This document shows positions 36,801 to 46,038 of a DNA stretch of 64,000 nt, one piece after another (position 1 is the first letter of the stretch; each line of letters starts with the position of its first letter). The translations under genes and the position numbers were made by a program. Source of the stretch: a virus. The notes below the pieces were generated by a model that worked only from the letters and a program-made list of their open reading frames with translations, searched no databases and was not told the origin of the DNA. The stretch is from the IMG/VR virus record IMGVR_UViG_3300021181_000008, positions 14,970 through 78,969 of that record; one strand, written 5' to 3'.

Positions 36801-39800
36801 GGACGCACTGCGCGTTCACATGGGACGGCGCGACGGTGAGGCTGTACGTCAACGGCCTCCAGGTGGCCACGGCGGCGCTCACGGGCGCGCTCGGCCTCGG
36901 CAAGGCCAACAAGATCGGCATCGGGTACAACCCTGAGTCCGTCTCGAACTTCTTCGCGGGGCTGATGCAGGAGTTCAGCATCCTGCCGACCGTGCTCAAC
37001 GCCGCCCAGATGCTGGCTCTCGCGAACGCGGGCGCGGCCATCGGCGGCGGGGGCGGCGGCGGGGAGTACGCCTGCGAGCCCGTCCTGAACGTCATGCCCG
37101 GCATCGCGGTCCCGTGGTCGATCGGCGCGGGCGGCCAGCCGGCCCAGATCTCGAACACGGTGGTGCAGTTCACCAACCCCGGCCTGTCCCACTGGACCTG
37201 CCCGCCCAATGTCACCCAGGTACTCGCCGAGGTGTGGGGCGCGGGCGCGGCCGGAGCTGCCGGTGGCGGTGGCGGCGGCGGAGGCGGCTACAGCCAGATC
37301 CTCCAGACCGTCGTCCCCGGCACGACCTACAACCTCTGGTGCGGCAACGGCGGCAAGCCGGACACCGGCACCTCGTCTGCCCAGGTGGCGTCCCGAGCTG
37401 GTCAGGGCTCTTGGTTCGGCCCGCCCGGATCCACGGTCGGCAGCCAGGCGTTCACGTCCACCCTCGGCGGCTCCAGCGGTATCACAGGTGGTACCAGCGG
37501 CGGCTACGGCGCGGTTGCTCCCGGCCATGACGCCATCGGCAGCATCGTGTGGCCGGGCGGGCGCGGCGGCGGCTCTCCGGGTCCTGCGGGCGGCGGCGGC
37601 GGTGGCGCGGCGGGCCTGCTCGGTCCGGGCGGTGTCGGCGGCGCGAGTCCCGCGTCCTCGATCGGCGGCAAGTGGGTCGGCGCGGGCACGGGCGGCACAG
37701 GCACCGGCCAAGGGGGCAACGGCGGCGCTGGAGCGCCTGAGCCGGGCTTCCCGGTAGTCGGGCAGGCACCGGGCGGCGGTGGCGGTGGCGGCTACACCAG
37801 CGTCCCTCTGGTGACCACCACGGCTGCGTCCAAGGCCACCAGCTCAGCGGCCCAGGTGAACTACCTCGGCGCTGCCGGCGCTAACGGCATGGTGCAGCTC
37901 ACCTACTCGGTCAACACCAACGCCGCGACCAACGGCGGCGCTACCACCTTCGGCACCGTGCCCACCACCGGCACCATCGTGTCCGCGAATGGCGGCGTCG
38001 CGGCTGCGGCCAACTCGGCGGCGGGCGCGGCGGGCGGCTCGGGCAGCTCGAACTTTATCCACAACAACGGCGGCATGGGCGCGCTCGACCTGAACACCGC
38101 GCAGGGCTCCTGGATGAAGTCCCCGGCGGTCAGCGGCGTCGGCACCATGCAGTCCCTCGCGAGCACGACGTACACCACCAGCGTTGGCACCACCAGCGCG
38201 TCGTCGTCCTCGTGCGCCCTGGGCGCTGCGCTCGTGCTGATCGAGTCCAGCACGTTCGTCGGCGACATCCAGGTCACGGACAGCGCGGGCAACATCTACG
38301 ACCTGGTGGACTCCGCTCAGGCCGGCGCGTCGGGCACGCAGTGCGCGGTGTACGCGTTCACGGCCAACATCGAGTTCCCGATCACGACCTCGACGACATT
38401 GACCGTCAGTTCGAATACCTCCCAGCAGTACGGCGTGCTCTGGTTCGCATCTCCATTCATGCTGGCCGGCGCGGACACCGCGAACCTGAACCAGAACAAC
38501 GGCAACGGCACCACGGCCAGCGGCCAGTTCGGCATCACGGACACGGAGTCGGTCGTCTACCAGGTGGCCGTCGCGGTGAACGACTCCACCTCGGCCTACA
38601 CCGTCGCGAACAGCAACATCACCTGGTACCCGCTGGCCTCAACCAACACGGTGACCGCAGGCGTGATGCGCATGGACGCGTTCGTCATGCTCAACCAGGC
38701 TGGCGGCACGGGCGCGGCGAACTCCGGGGACACCTTCAGCGCCACGCTGACCACTGGCAACTGGGCCGTGCTGTGCGTCCCCATGCTGGCCGCCAACCAG
38801 GTAGACGCCATGGTCACCATGGACTGGAAGGCTGGGACTACTCCAGGTGCTACCACCTCCTGGACGAGCTTCGCCAACATGTCCGCCAACGGTATGATCG
38901 CCGTGCTCGGAGTCTGCGGCTCGGGCTCGACCATCACTGGCGGCCCGTCTGCCATGTCGGACGCGGCGGGCAACACGTACACCCTCCAGGAGACGCTCAC
39001 CCTACCGTCCAACCTGGGCGCGATGTTCGCGTTCACGGCTCCGGTGACGCACGCCGTCTCGGCTGGCACCACCGGCTCGATCGCCTGGGGCCACGCCTCG
39101 GCCGCGCCGGAGTACACGGTCTACATGTGGTGGCTGCCGAACGTGGTTGGCCTTGACGCGAACGGCGTCAGCGGAGTCACCGGAGCGGCGGCGACATCAG
39201 GGGCGGCCACTTACACTCCGCGGGCGGCCGGGGACATGGCCGTGTCGTTCGTCGGTAACGCGACTACCGCGACGCAGAACTTCAACGACCAGACCGGGCC
39301 GTGGAACTCCATGACCAAGGGCGGCCAGGCTTACCTCTGGGGTGCGACGTACGCCTCGCAGATGGTAGAGAACAACACCATGACCAGCTCGCCCTCATGG
39401 AGCGCGTCCGCACCGTTCGGGATCATCAACCTGGGCTTCACGAACGTCTCCATCGGTGGCGGCGGAGGAGCTGCGGGCGGTCCGTACGGCCCTGGCTACC
39501 CGGCGACCACGTGGCAGTTCGGCGGTCCCGCGTACGCAGGCGGCGGCAAGGGCGGACAGGGCGCGGGCAACGCTAACGCTCCTGGCGGCGGCGCTGGCCT
39601 ACCTGGCGGCGGTGGTGCGGGCGGCTACTCCGGCAGCCTGTCCAGCACGCCTGAGATCGGCGGCACGGGCGGCGCTGGTATGGTCCGGCTAACCTGGGAA
39701 CCGCCTCTCCAGGTGTTCAACTCCCTGATCGTGCACCGGCCGGGGCAGGGCGCTACGCCGAACCTGTGCCCCATCTGCCCGATCCCGATCACGGACATCC

Positions 39801-40441
39801 CGAACAACACCGAGTACGTCATGCCGTCACTCGTGCCGAACATGAACGCTGCTTTCAACAGCACGTACACGGTGATGCTGGCGAACTACTCCTGGGACAA
39901 CCCCAACGGCACCGCAGCGCGGCAGATCACCGTCACCATCAACCAGTACGCGTACCCTGGCGGCCCGCAGTCCAGCGTGCAGGTGTCGCGGTCGCTCGTT
40001 CCGTCTACCGATGTGGTGAACGGCCTGATCGGCTTCGGCGAGGTGACGCTGCCCATCAACGAGTACGCGGGCTACAACGACCAGTCGTACTTCACGGTGT
40101 CGATCCAGGACACCGATCAGAGCGACCGGTTTATGGACGTGCTTTTCCTTGATACGACCGGGCAGACTATCATTACGAACATAGATCCGGGTCAGGCTGC
40201 CTACGGGCAGTACGTGAACTACTTCTACGACGAGGCCACTGCGGACCGCGACCTCGGATTCATGGGCGCGAGCTTCCAGGACCGACAGCACAGCGTCAGC
40301 GTCCTGCCGTTCACCAGCATCAGCGGCGGCGCGCTCTACATCACGCCCGGTGACAACCTGTTCATGACCTACTCGCCATCGGGCGCTCCGAATCTCGGAG
40401 TTCAGTACGCTCCCCGGTGGTTCCTGGATCGGACTAGCTGA
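33893..40441 (+). CDS. Giant minor tail protein (Dit-like core with inserted Gly-rich, LamG and beta-sandwich domains)
   Basis: Follows the tape measure. Dit-like LLDGERPFGYRASNRTISLPI...ITLTIQALPYGRS; LamG WTHCAFTWDGATVRLYVNG; polyGly turns; ends QYAPRW. Confidence 0.85.
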   Translation: MVAAYSGTGNYPYWLSIQGDGVHANPGMQGEQIPVTAGVSYTATAVAEFLALFNAGINLTLTFFSATNTQTGTVTANSGSMAAGAMVTWSTGATAAPASSVYAVCTVTAAGTPAAANTFAVFQAQVIDQNNVFVNFNYAFTYTAFPWTPTNTTNTVTWQYSPIIAQDSDSLVLSDTIEVMGGVQGVPSQIPFLLDSNGVGPTYRILAPPSMNSAAFGYEASYDLNAPQPTQDVVASMLLDGERPFGYRASNRTISLPIIIFGTVAGGMNQVLAAREYLMALIDQQTWQIKWTSADSGLPMVFDCFRALPSTPLYGFNYSQGGSASNSAIGKANYPIAMITLTIQALPYGRSDVDGIQDLAFAAPLLNKATPATAVTLDNYTVNTGGIRRVATGTVNSATSLAIPLTLGPVPKGDGVVVAVTAPNATGQTITCVDSRNNPYTLTKTEQNASAPATSLWVFTSPAIKNGLTPSVDSFTITTNNSQNMAANVMGVNGLASVDVAGTNGTTGSSASPAVSSNKSAESSTYCLALFSNNNTKVAGTPAGFTASVGNAINGSAEVAGFWNLGNGTNTQTATSSYSGSSPYAACMLVMAIAPGSTWNLESQYAAVAGTSAAHYATPIPMHMPWPAANYTGLFATPQSIVGLSTLSLWFGQAYDTQWPKDPKFISNVTLSWVLTDTSGRTLKFSSTTKSVTYGTTPTTPKWTQINTTIPQGSQKFSYDSVLSYTLSVSNWSGSGATGYVRMHCWLNQLVANPQTVANQISPRGTVYNLFGLPGSARAPINVQCQLPAAQQMVQEITSPATGNWVTPPGVYQVQAECFAGGGAGGSALSYDGFIALYQPLGWWKLSASAGDSSSGNHPGTGTSVTFSQVNSAVVGNDSTSFNGTSSEVNIPFQVSGLKRMTISGWINCNNVSEGAFASLIANANSASGDNSGWNMYISSTAPYTLTAAVGNGTTIGSASAASVIPATGWTHCAFTWDGATVRLYVNGLQVATAALTGALGLGKANKIGIGYNPESVSNFFAGLMQEFSILPTVLNAAQMLALANAGAAIGGGGGGGEYACEPVLNVMPGIAVPWSIGAGGQPAQISNTVVQFTNPGLSHWTCPPNVTQVLAEVWGAGAAGAAGGGGGGGGGYSQILQTVVPGTTYNLWCGNGGKPDTGTSSAQVASRAGQGSWFGPPGSTVGSQAFTSTLGGSSGITGGTSGGYGAVAPGHDAIGSIVWPGGRGGGSPGPAGGGGGGAAGLLGPGGVGGASPASSIGGKWVGAGTGGTGTGQGGNGGAGAPEPGFPVVGQAPGGGGGGGYTSVPLVTTTAASKATSSAAQVNYLGAAGANGMVQLTYSVNTNAATNGGATTFGTVPTTGTIVSANGGVAAAANSAAGAAGGSGSSNFIHNNGGMGALDLNTAQGSWMKSPAVSGVGTMQSLASTTYTTSVGTTSASSSSCALGAALVLIESSTFVGDIQVTDSAGNIYDLVDSAQAGASGTQCAVYAFTANIEFPITTSTTLTVSSNTSQQYGVLWFASPFMLAGADTANLNQNNGNGTTASGQFGITDTESVVYQVAVAVNDSTSAYTVANSNITWYPLASTNTVTAGVMRMDAFVMLNQAGGTGAANSGDTFSATLTTGNWAVLCVPMLAANQVDAMVTMDWKAGTTPGATTSWTSFANMSANGMIAVLGVCGSGSTITGGPSAMSDAAGNTYTLQETLTLPSNLGAMFAFTAPVTHAVSAGTTGSIAWGHASAAPEYTVYMWWLPNVVGLDANGVSGVTGAAATSGAATYTPRAAGDMAVSFVGNATTATQNFNDQTGPWNSMTKGGQAYLWGATYASQMVENNTMTSSPSWSASAPFGIINLGFTNVSIGGGGGAAGGPYGPGYPATTWQFGGPAYAGGGKGGQGAGNANAPGGGAGLPGGGGAGGYSGSLSSTPEIGGTGGAGMVRLTWEPPLQVFNSLIVHRPGQGATPNLCPICPIPITDIPNNTEYVMPSLVPNMNAAFNSTYTVMLANYSWDNPNGTAARQITVTINQYAYPGGPQSSVQVSRSLVPSTDVVNGLIGFGEVTLPINEYAGYNDQSYFTVSIQDTDQSDRFMDVLFLDTTGQTIITNIDPGQAAYGQYVNYFYDEATADRDLGFMGASFQDRQHSVSVLPFTSISGGALYITPGDNLFMTYSPSGAPNLGVQYAPRWFLDRTS

Positions 40442-43332
40442 TGGCCGCGCTTCCCCCGAAGAAGAATCTGGTCAAGAGCACGGCTCTCGCCAAGACGCAG
40501 AGCACGCTCGTCAGGCTGAACAACCTGATCCCGACCACCACCACAGTGCTGTCGCCGACCACGGTCTACCAGCCGGGCGCGAGCAGCGTGGGCAACGAGC
40601 TGTCCGGTCCTACCGCGTCGCTCCCGAACATCGCTGGCTTCTACGGATCGTGGACCGCACCCGACCTGAACAACGGCTCGCCGTACCAGGTGCAGGTGGA
40701 GTGCTTCGGCCCGGGCGGCGGCGGCGGTGGCGGTATCTCCAGCACGGGCGGCGGCGGTGGCGGCGGTGGCGAGTACGCATGCGAGCCGTCCTACACCGTG
40801 TCGCCGGGCGTCACCTACACCTACCAGATCGGCCTGCCCGGCACCGGAGGCTGCAACAACTCCTCGACTACCGGCGCTCAGCAGGGCACAGCGGGCAGCC
40901 AGACGATCTTCGACCTCGCTGGGGTCGGTATCCCTGGTGGCGTCGTCGCGAACCCAGGGTTGCCCGGAGACGCGGGCTCAACGGGTGCCGGCGGCCTTGG
41001 CGGCACGGGCTCGACGAACACCATGGCGTTCCCCGGCGGGCAGGGCGGCACCAACCTCTCCGGCCTAGGCTCTGACAACCCGATCGCCCTCGCCGAGACG
41101 TCCGGCATGTTCGCCGGCAACACCAAGAACGCGAACATCATCCGAGCCTGGTACATCTTCAACGACGGCCCGGATGAGACATTCGAGTTCAACGACTCGT
41201 CCACTTACCACCTGACCGGTACCGTCACGGACTCCGGCAACGGCATCCACGTTTTGCAGTCGAACGCCCCCGCCCAGGTGCCCGCCTATACGCTTACTAC
41301 TACCAACCCCCCTCACCAGCCTAACCCCACGCGGGCGGGGTGCTCCTCCCTGTGGAACGGCGCGGCCAACAACACGTACGCCGGCTACATGCAGGCCCCG
41401 ACCTTCTCTTTTGCCCTCACCAAGCTGACGGTCTCCTGCTGGATCCAGTGCGACCCGACCGGTACCTGGGGCAACACTGCCGCCAACAGCATCGCAACTG
41501 TCGTGGCGAACTCCGCTAACTACGCGACGTTCGGGAACTTCAACGGCTACGGCATGTTCCTCAAGAACAACGGCAGTGCGTCCTCTCCGAACTGGACGCT
41601 GTACGTCAACTGGGGCAACGGCACCGCCGCCAACTTCACTGCGGTCGCGATGCCGCCGATCGTGGGCACCTGGTACTACATCGTCGCGACATTCAATAGC
41701 GGCACCATCACCCTGTACGTCAACGGCGTCAGCGTCGTCTCGGGATCAGCCGGATTCTCGTCGGTGCCCGCCGCATCATATGCCCAGCGCGTCGGAACTG
41801 ACCCCACCGGCACCACCCAGTACTTCTTCGGCTACATCTCCAACCTGTGGTTCGCCCTCGACGCCGCTACCTCAGCGCTTCCGACTCAGGCATTCGGTTC
41901 CACGCCGGCCACAGGCGGTGCTGGTGGCGGGGCCTCTGGTTCGGCAGGCGGCGCGGGCGGGATAGGCGGCGCTCCGGCAGCCGGCGTAGGCGGGACAGGC
42001 GGCGCGGTCGTCGCGCTCCCCGCGCAGTACGCGTCCATCAGGGCACCAGGCAACGCCGGAGCCACCGGAGCGAATGCGGGAGCCTCCGGCAGCAACCTGA
42101 CCTCTCTCGGATCGGGTGGCGCTGGCGGCGGGAACATGGCGGCGTCTCCTGCATCATTCTCACTGACCGTGCCGTTCGCGACTGCGGCCACCTACTGCGG
42201 CACCGACTCCAGCAGCCCCGGCGCGCTGTACAACGCCAGCCAGCAGTCCGGCAACAGCGTGATCGTCACGGGCGGCCTCTCCAGCGACACGGCCTCAGGC
42301 TCAAAGAACACCCTCGTGCTGCTGCCCAAGGGAATCGCGACCTCGCTGGGCAACGGCAAGTGGACTATCCAGCAGATCACGCTGACGCTCACCAACTCCC
42401 TGCTGAGCCCTCTAGACACGGTGCTGGAGTTCGCCTACACCGCGGACACCACATTGCCGCAGAACTACACGGGCGTGAGCGCCGTCGAGTACGTGGGCGC
42501 TATCCCGCTCGACGCGGGCCAGAACACCGTCACCTATGACCTGACCCAGAGCAATCTCGGCACGCTCATCCAGAACGGATCGTGCACCGCGCTGTGCTTC
42601 GGGCCGACCGACAACCCGACGTTCGACGCGTTCAACGCGAGCACCGGGGCTCAGTTCTACTGCCAGGTCTACGGCCCCGGTGCGGTGGACAACTTCGGCA
42701 ACTCGCTCCAGCCGTACCTGACGATCGTGCTCCAGGAGACGCTCACCACCCAGCACGGAGGCAGGGGCGGCTCGGGCGGGATCAAGGTCACCTCGCTTAC
42801 CAACGCCACGACTCCGGTTGCGGTAATCCAGCCCTTCGCCGGCACCGATGACGCAGGCAACGCATACACGACAGGCATCACTACCCAGGCAGTCGTGGCG
42901 TACAATCCAACAGCGGCAGCTCAGGTTCCGGGCAGCTTCACACCGGAGACTTGGCACAAGGTCACCACATTCGCCTCGGGCGTCGTTGCGTCAGGCAACG
43001 GGATCAACGGCTTCTACTACCGGCTGAACCCGGACGGATTCTGTGAAGCTGTGTTCGACTTGGCCTTGACCGCTATCGCCACGGCTACATCTATCATCGC
43101 CGCCTCAGTCATCCCAGCGCCTTACTGGCCGAACTCGTCCAACGGGGGCTACAACGCCGGCGCGATCAGCATGTACGGGACTGTGCCCTCCGGCACCCTG
43201 GGCGTACCGTACATAGAGGTCGGTAATACCGGAGCAATCGTCTACCGCTGGCAGGGTGCGGGTGCCGCCACGTGCGCCATCCTCGGGCACATCTGCTGGT
43301 GGCCAGGAACACTCGCTGACGGATCGCTTTAA
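40441..43332 (+). CDS. Minor tail/fibre protein with Gly-rich and LamG domains
   Basis: YQVQVECFGPGGGGGG, GGGGGEYACEP, WYYIVATFNSGTITLYVNG. Confidence 0.85.
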   Translation: MAALPPKKNLVKSTALAKTQSTLVRLNNLIPTTTTVLSPTTVYQPGASSVGNELSGPTASLPNIAGFYGSWTAPDLNNGSPYQVQVECFGPGGGGGGGISSTGGGGGGGGEYACEPSYTVSPGVTYTYQIGLPGTGGCNNSSTTGAQQGTAGSQTIFDLAGVGIPGGVVANPGLPGDAGSTGAGGLGGTGSTNTMAFPGGQGGTNLSGLGSDNPIALAETSGMFAGNTKNANIIRAWYIFNDGPDETFEFNDSSTYHLTGTVTDSGNGIHVLQSNAPAQVPAYTLTTTNPPHQPNPTRAGCSSLWNGAANNTYAGYMQAPTFSFALTKLTVSCWIQCDPTGTWGNTAANSIATVVANSANYATFGNFNGYGMFLKNNGSASSPNWTLYVNWGNGTAANFTAVAMPPIVGTWYYIVATFNSGTITLYVNGVSVVSGSAGFSSVPAASYAQRVGTDPTGTTQYFFGYISNLWFALDAATSALPTQAFGSTPATGGAGGGASGSAGGAGGIGGAPAAGVGGTGGAVVALPAQYASIRAPGNAGATGANAGASGSNLTSLGSGGAGGGNMAASPASFSLTVPFATAATYCGTDSSSPGALYNASQQSGNSVIVTGGLSSDTASGSKNTLVLLPKGIATSLGNGKWTIQQITLTLTNSLLSPLDTVLEFAYTADTTLPQNYTGVSAVEYVGAIPLDAGQNTVTYDLTQSNLGTLIQNGSCTALCFGPTDNPTFDAFNASTGAQFYCQVYGPGAVDNFGNSLQPYLTIVLQETLTTQHGGRGGSGGIKVTSLTNATTPVAVIQPFAGTDDAGNAYTTGITTQAVVAYNPTAAAQVPGSFTPETWHKVTTFASGVVASGNGINGFYYRLNPDGFCEAVFDLALTAIATATSIIAASVIPAPYWPNSSNGGYNAGAISMYGTVPSGTLGVPYIEVGNTGAIVYRWQGAGAATCAILGHICWWPGTLADGSL

Positions 43333-43344
43333 AGGAGAAATGAA

Positions 43345-43656
43345 ATGACCGCAGTCAACACCGGACTGAGCCCGGCGCAGGTGCAGGGCCTTATCATCTC
43401 GGCGCTTCAGCAGCACCGTAACGCCTTGGCCCTGATTCAGAACATCTACAAGTGGACCTCCGGCCTCGCGGCGGCGGACTTCGCAACTGCGTCAGGGCTC
43501 TCGTCATCCGATGCCGTGGCGTACCTGTCCGCCATTGCGGACGGCAACGCTGAGGCGAACCTGCACTACACCGGGCAGCCCGGCGGCAGCTATCCCGCGC
43601 CCGTCGCCGACTACATCTATTCGGCCACTCAGGCGCAGGTCATCGGCCCGCAGTAA
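43345..43656 (+). CDS. Small tail-associated protein
   Basis: AAGGAG RBS, within the tail-tip cluster. Confidence 0.65.
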   Translation: MTAVNTGLSPAQVQGLIISALQQHRNALALIQNIYKWTSGLAAADFATASGLSSSDAVAYLSAIADGNAEANLHYTGQPGGSYPAPVADYIYSATQAQVIGPQ

Positions 43657-43665
43657 GGAATAGTT

Positions 43666-45438
43666 GTGGCACTTGAACTTCTAAATGCAACACAGGTGTG
43701 CTCTTGGGCACCGCCGTTGCCGCAGCGCGCTTTCCAGATCACGAGCATCGGCGTGACCTCGGACAACATGCTGTTCGCCGGTTACAACACCAGCGGCAAG
43801 CGCTACAACTACGCGGTCCTCAACACCACGCAGTGGGGCACGGCCGAGGGATTCGCCACCCCGCCGATGACGCCTGGCGAGCAGTTCCAGCTCTGGACGG
43901 TGAATCCCTCGGGCTTTACCACATGGCCCGCGCCCCCGGCGTTCGGAACTGGCAGCGCGGTGCCGACCAACTCCAGTGCTGCCAGTGTGTGGTCGTACGC
44001 GCCCGAGCTGTTCAACGCCTACGGGCTGACGCAGAACCGAGAGGGTGAGGGCGCGAACACGCCGTTGGTCATGGCCGACTCCACGATGCAGTCCGTGGTG
44101 GCCGTCCAGCAGATCTCCAACGACTCCTGGTACGTGTACTTCTCGCCGGGCACCAACGCCACCGTCCCGGCCAACACCAGCTCGATCGGCCTCGTCACCG
44201 TGCCCCGGCCCCACAGCCCCAAGTGGCTCGGGCAGATCGGCCACGTTAGCCAGGTTGACTACTCGTTCTCGATACCGGGCGGCCCCGACCAGTTCACCTG
44301 CATGCTGGCGGTCGAGCCGAACTACCGCACCGACGCGCTGAACCCCGGCCGGATCATCACCTGCCACCGCGGAGCGGCGTGCGTCTGGGAAGGGCAGCTC
44401 ATCGAGCCGCAGGCAGCCGCCACCGGCTGGACTCTCCAGGCCAACGGCGTCGGCACCTACGGCACGAACTTCGGTGCCTGGTGGCAGAGCAACGGCGGCA
44501 ACACCAAGACCTCCAACGGCTGGACGGCCGACGCCCCGATCGACTTCGCCATCGCCCGCGGGCTGCGCTGGACGAACTACGGCATCGGCAGCCCGGCGGG
44601 CATCTACCTCGGCCCGGTGCAGGACCCCGGCTCGTTGACGGTGACGGACTTCCTCAACCTGCTCTGCACGGGCGGCGCGCTCACCTGGGAGCTAGTGCAG
44701 CCTGCCGGCTCGGTGACCATGCCGCCCGCCCCGTGGGTGATCAAGGTCTACCCGCTGCCGACCGACTTCTCGGGCAACCCCCTCGTCGCGGGCACCACCT
44801 CGGTTGCGGCCTCCGGCGCTGCGGCTGCGGCCAACGGCAAGTGGGTGCGCACGGACACGATCGTCACCTCGACGCGGCGTCCGCCTGACCTGTACCTGGT
44901 CAACACGAGCCCGGTCAGCCGGACGATCAACGAGGACATCAACACCGTCATCGTCTACTACGAGATCACGGCCGACAATACGGCCACCAGCAGCGCCACA
45001 GCGACCGCCGCGACCTTCGGCACGACCTTCGCGTCCATCCCCGGCTCCGTGTCCGCTCACGGGCGGCTGGAGTACTTCATCGACGTTTCCAACTCGGGCG
45101 CGATGACCAAGCAGGCGGCTGCCGCGATCGGGCAGAACATCCTCAACCAGTACATCCGCGCGAACTTCCAAGCCTCGTTCACCGTGCAGCCCGGCCAGCT
45201 CCTCAACATCGGCGGCCACCCGGTGGACCTCGGCTGCAACTGGAACGGCGCGATGTGCACGGTGCAGGTGGTCAACGAGGCGTTCGGCGGCGAGGTGGGG
45301 CAGGCTCCCATCACGTTCCTGATCGGGGAGTACGAGTACAACGACGAGAGCCAGACCGCGCTCGTCACCCCGTACCAGAACGCCAAGACGGACATGGCAT
45401 CGGTTGTCTCGGCGCTCTATCCGGGGCAGTTCGCGTAA
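43666..45438 (+). CDS. Minor tail protein (Tal/hub-like)
   Basis: YSFSIPGGP..FTC...CVWEGQL.EP, HGRLEYFIDVS. Confidence 0.75.
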   Translation: MALELLNATQVCSWAPPLPQRAFQITSIGVTSDNMLFAGYNTSGKRYNYAVLNTTQWGTAEGFATPPMTPGEQFQLWTVNPSGFTTWPAPPAFGTGSAVPTNSSAASVWSYAPELFNAYGLTQNREGEGANTPLVMADSTMQSVVAVQQISNDSWYVYFSPGTNATVPANTSSIGLVTVPRPHSPKWLGQIGHVSQVDYSFSIPGGPDQFTCMLAVEPNYRTDALNPGRIITCHRGAACVWEGQLIEPQAAATGWTLQANGVGTYGTNFGAWWQSNGGNTKTSNGWTADAPIDFAIARGLRWTNYGIGSPAGIYLGPVQDPGSLTVTDFLNLLCTGGALTWELVQPAGSVTMPPAPWVIKVYPLPTDFSGNPLVAGTTSVAASGAAAAANGKWVRTDTIVTSTRRPPDLYLVNTSPVSRTINEDINTVIVYYEITADNTATSSATATAATFGTTFASIPGSVSAHGRLEYFIDVSNSGAMTKQAAAAIGQNILNQYIRANFQASFTVQPGQLLNIGGHPVDLGCNWNGAMCTVQVVNEAFGGEVGQAPITFLIGEYEYNDESQTALVTPYQNAKTDMASVVSALYPGQFA

Positions 45439-45452
45439 GGCACACTGGGAGT

Positions 45453-45758
45453 ATGAAACCCCCCTGGCGACGACCTCCTCGGGTCAGCCTACGGGCGCAA
45501 GTTGCCGCACTACAGAAGGAAGTAGCCAAGATGGCCACTCAAGCAGACGTTGACGCTCTGACCGCTGCGGTCTCTGGCGTTTCCACCGACCTCGCCGCCG
45601 CCGTCACCAACATCCAGGCGGAAATCGCCGCGCTCCAGACCGCCAACCCGGCGCTGGACCTGTCCGCGCTTCAGACGGCAGTCTCCGGACTGGTCACCGT
45701 TCAGGGCACCGTGGACGCCCTGGAGACCCCTCCGCCGGCCGCGCCGCCCGCGAGCTGA
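45453..45758 (+). CDS. Coiled-coil protein at the end of the virion operon
   Basis: Heptad pattern MATQADVDALTAAV. Leaderless start at 45453, or RBS start at 45531. Confidence 0.65.
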   Translation: MKPPWRRPPRVSLRAQVAALQKEVAKMATQADVDALTAAVSGVSTDLAAAVTNIQAEIAALQTANPALDLSALQTAVSGLVTVQGTVDALETPPPAAPPAS

Positions 45759-45768
45759 CCCTAGCAGC

Positions 45769-45806
45769 ACGAAGCCCCGGCCACATGGTGTGGTGCGGGG
45801 CTTCGT
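45769..45806. terminator. Bidirectional hairpin at the junction of convergent transcription
   Basis: ACGAAGCCCCG...CGGGGCTTCGT. Confidence 0.8.
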
Positions 45807-45812
45807 CATGTG

Positions 45813-45885
45813 CTGGCTAGGCTGGTCTCGATCCAGCGACCTGCGGATTAACAGTCCGCTGCTCTGCCATCTGAGCTACTAGCCA
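45813..45885 (-). tRNA. tRNA-Asn(GTT)
   Basis: Cloverleaf TGGCTAG/CTAGCCA, anticodon arm GCGGA-CTGTTAA-TCCGC, atypical T-loop ATCGAGA. No encoded CCA. Confidence 0.9.
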
Positions 45886-45889
45886 CGGG

Positions 45890-45961
45890 AGACGGTACCC
45901 GGAATCGAACCGGGGTGACGAGGGTTGCAATCTCGGGCCTCAGCCTCTCGGCCATACCGTC
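45890..45961 (-). tRNA. tRNA-Cys(GCA)
   Basis: Acceptor stem GACGGTA/TACCGTC, loop TTGCAAC, T-arm CCCGG-TTCGATT-CCGGG, U discriminator. Confidence 0.9.
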
Positions 45962-45962
45962 G

Positions 45963-46033
45963 AGCGGGTAACAGGGGTCGAACCTGCGTAGCCTGCTTGG
46001 AAGGCAGGTGCCCATCCGTTAGGCCATACCCGC
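45963..46033 (-). tRNA. tRNA-Gly(TCC)
   Basis: Acceptor stem GCGGGTA/TACCCGC, anticodon arm CCTGC-CTTCCAA-GCAGG, T-loop TTCGACC, U discriminator. Confidence 0.92.
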
Positions 46034-46038
46034 GTGCG

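Noticed and set aside
28739-37711. Long antisense ORFs (e.g. 28739-30166, 31118-33643, 35585-37711)
   Set aside because: Shadow ORFs caused by high GC3 on the coding strand. No motifs or RBS.
33893-45438. Diversity-generating retroelement acting on tail fibres
   Set aside because: No reverse transcriptase in the window and no TR/VR pair differing at adenines. Shared segments are Gly-rich paralogy.
45813-46033. tRNAs as an attachment site or prophage boundary
   Set aside because: Phage-type genes continue on both sides. No integrase or duplicated tRNA 3' end in the window.
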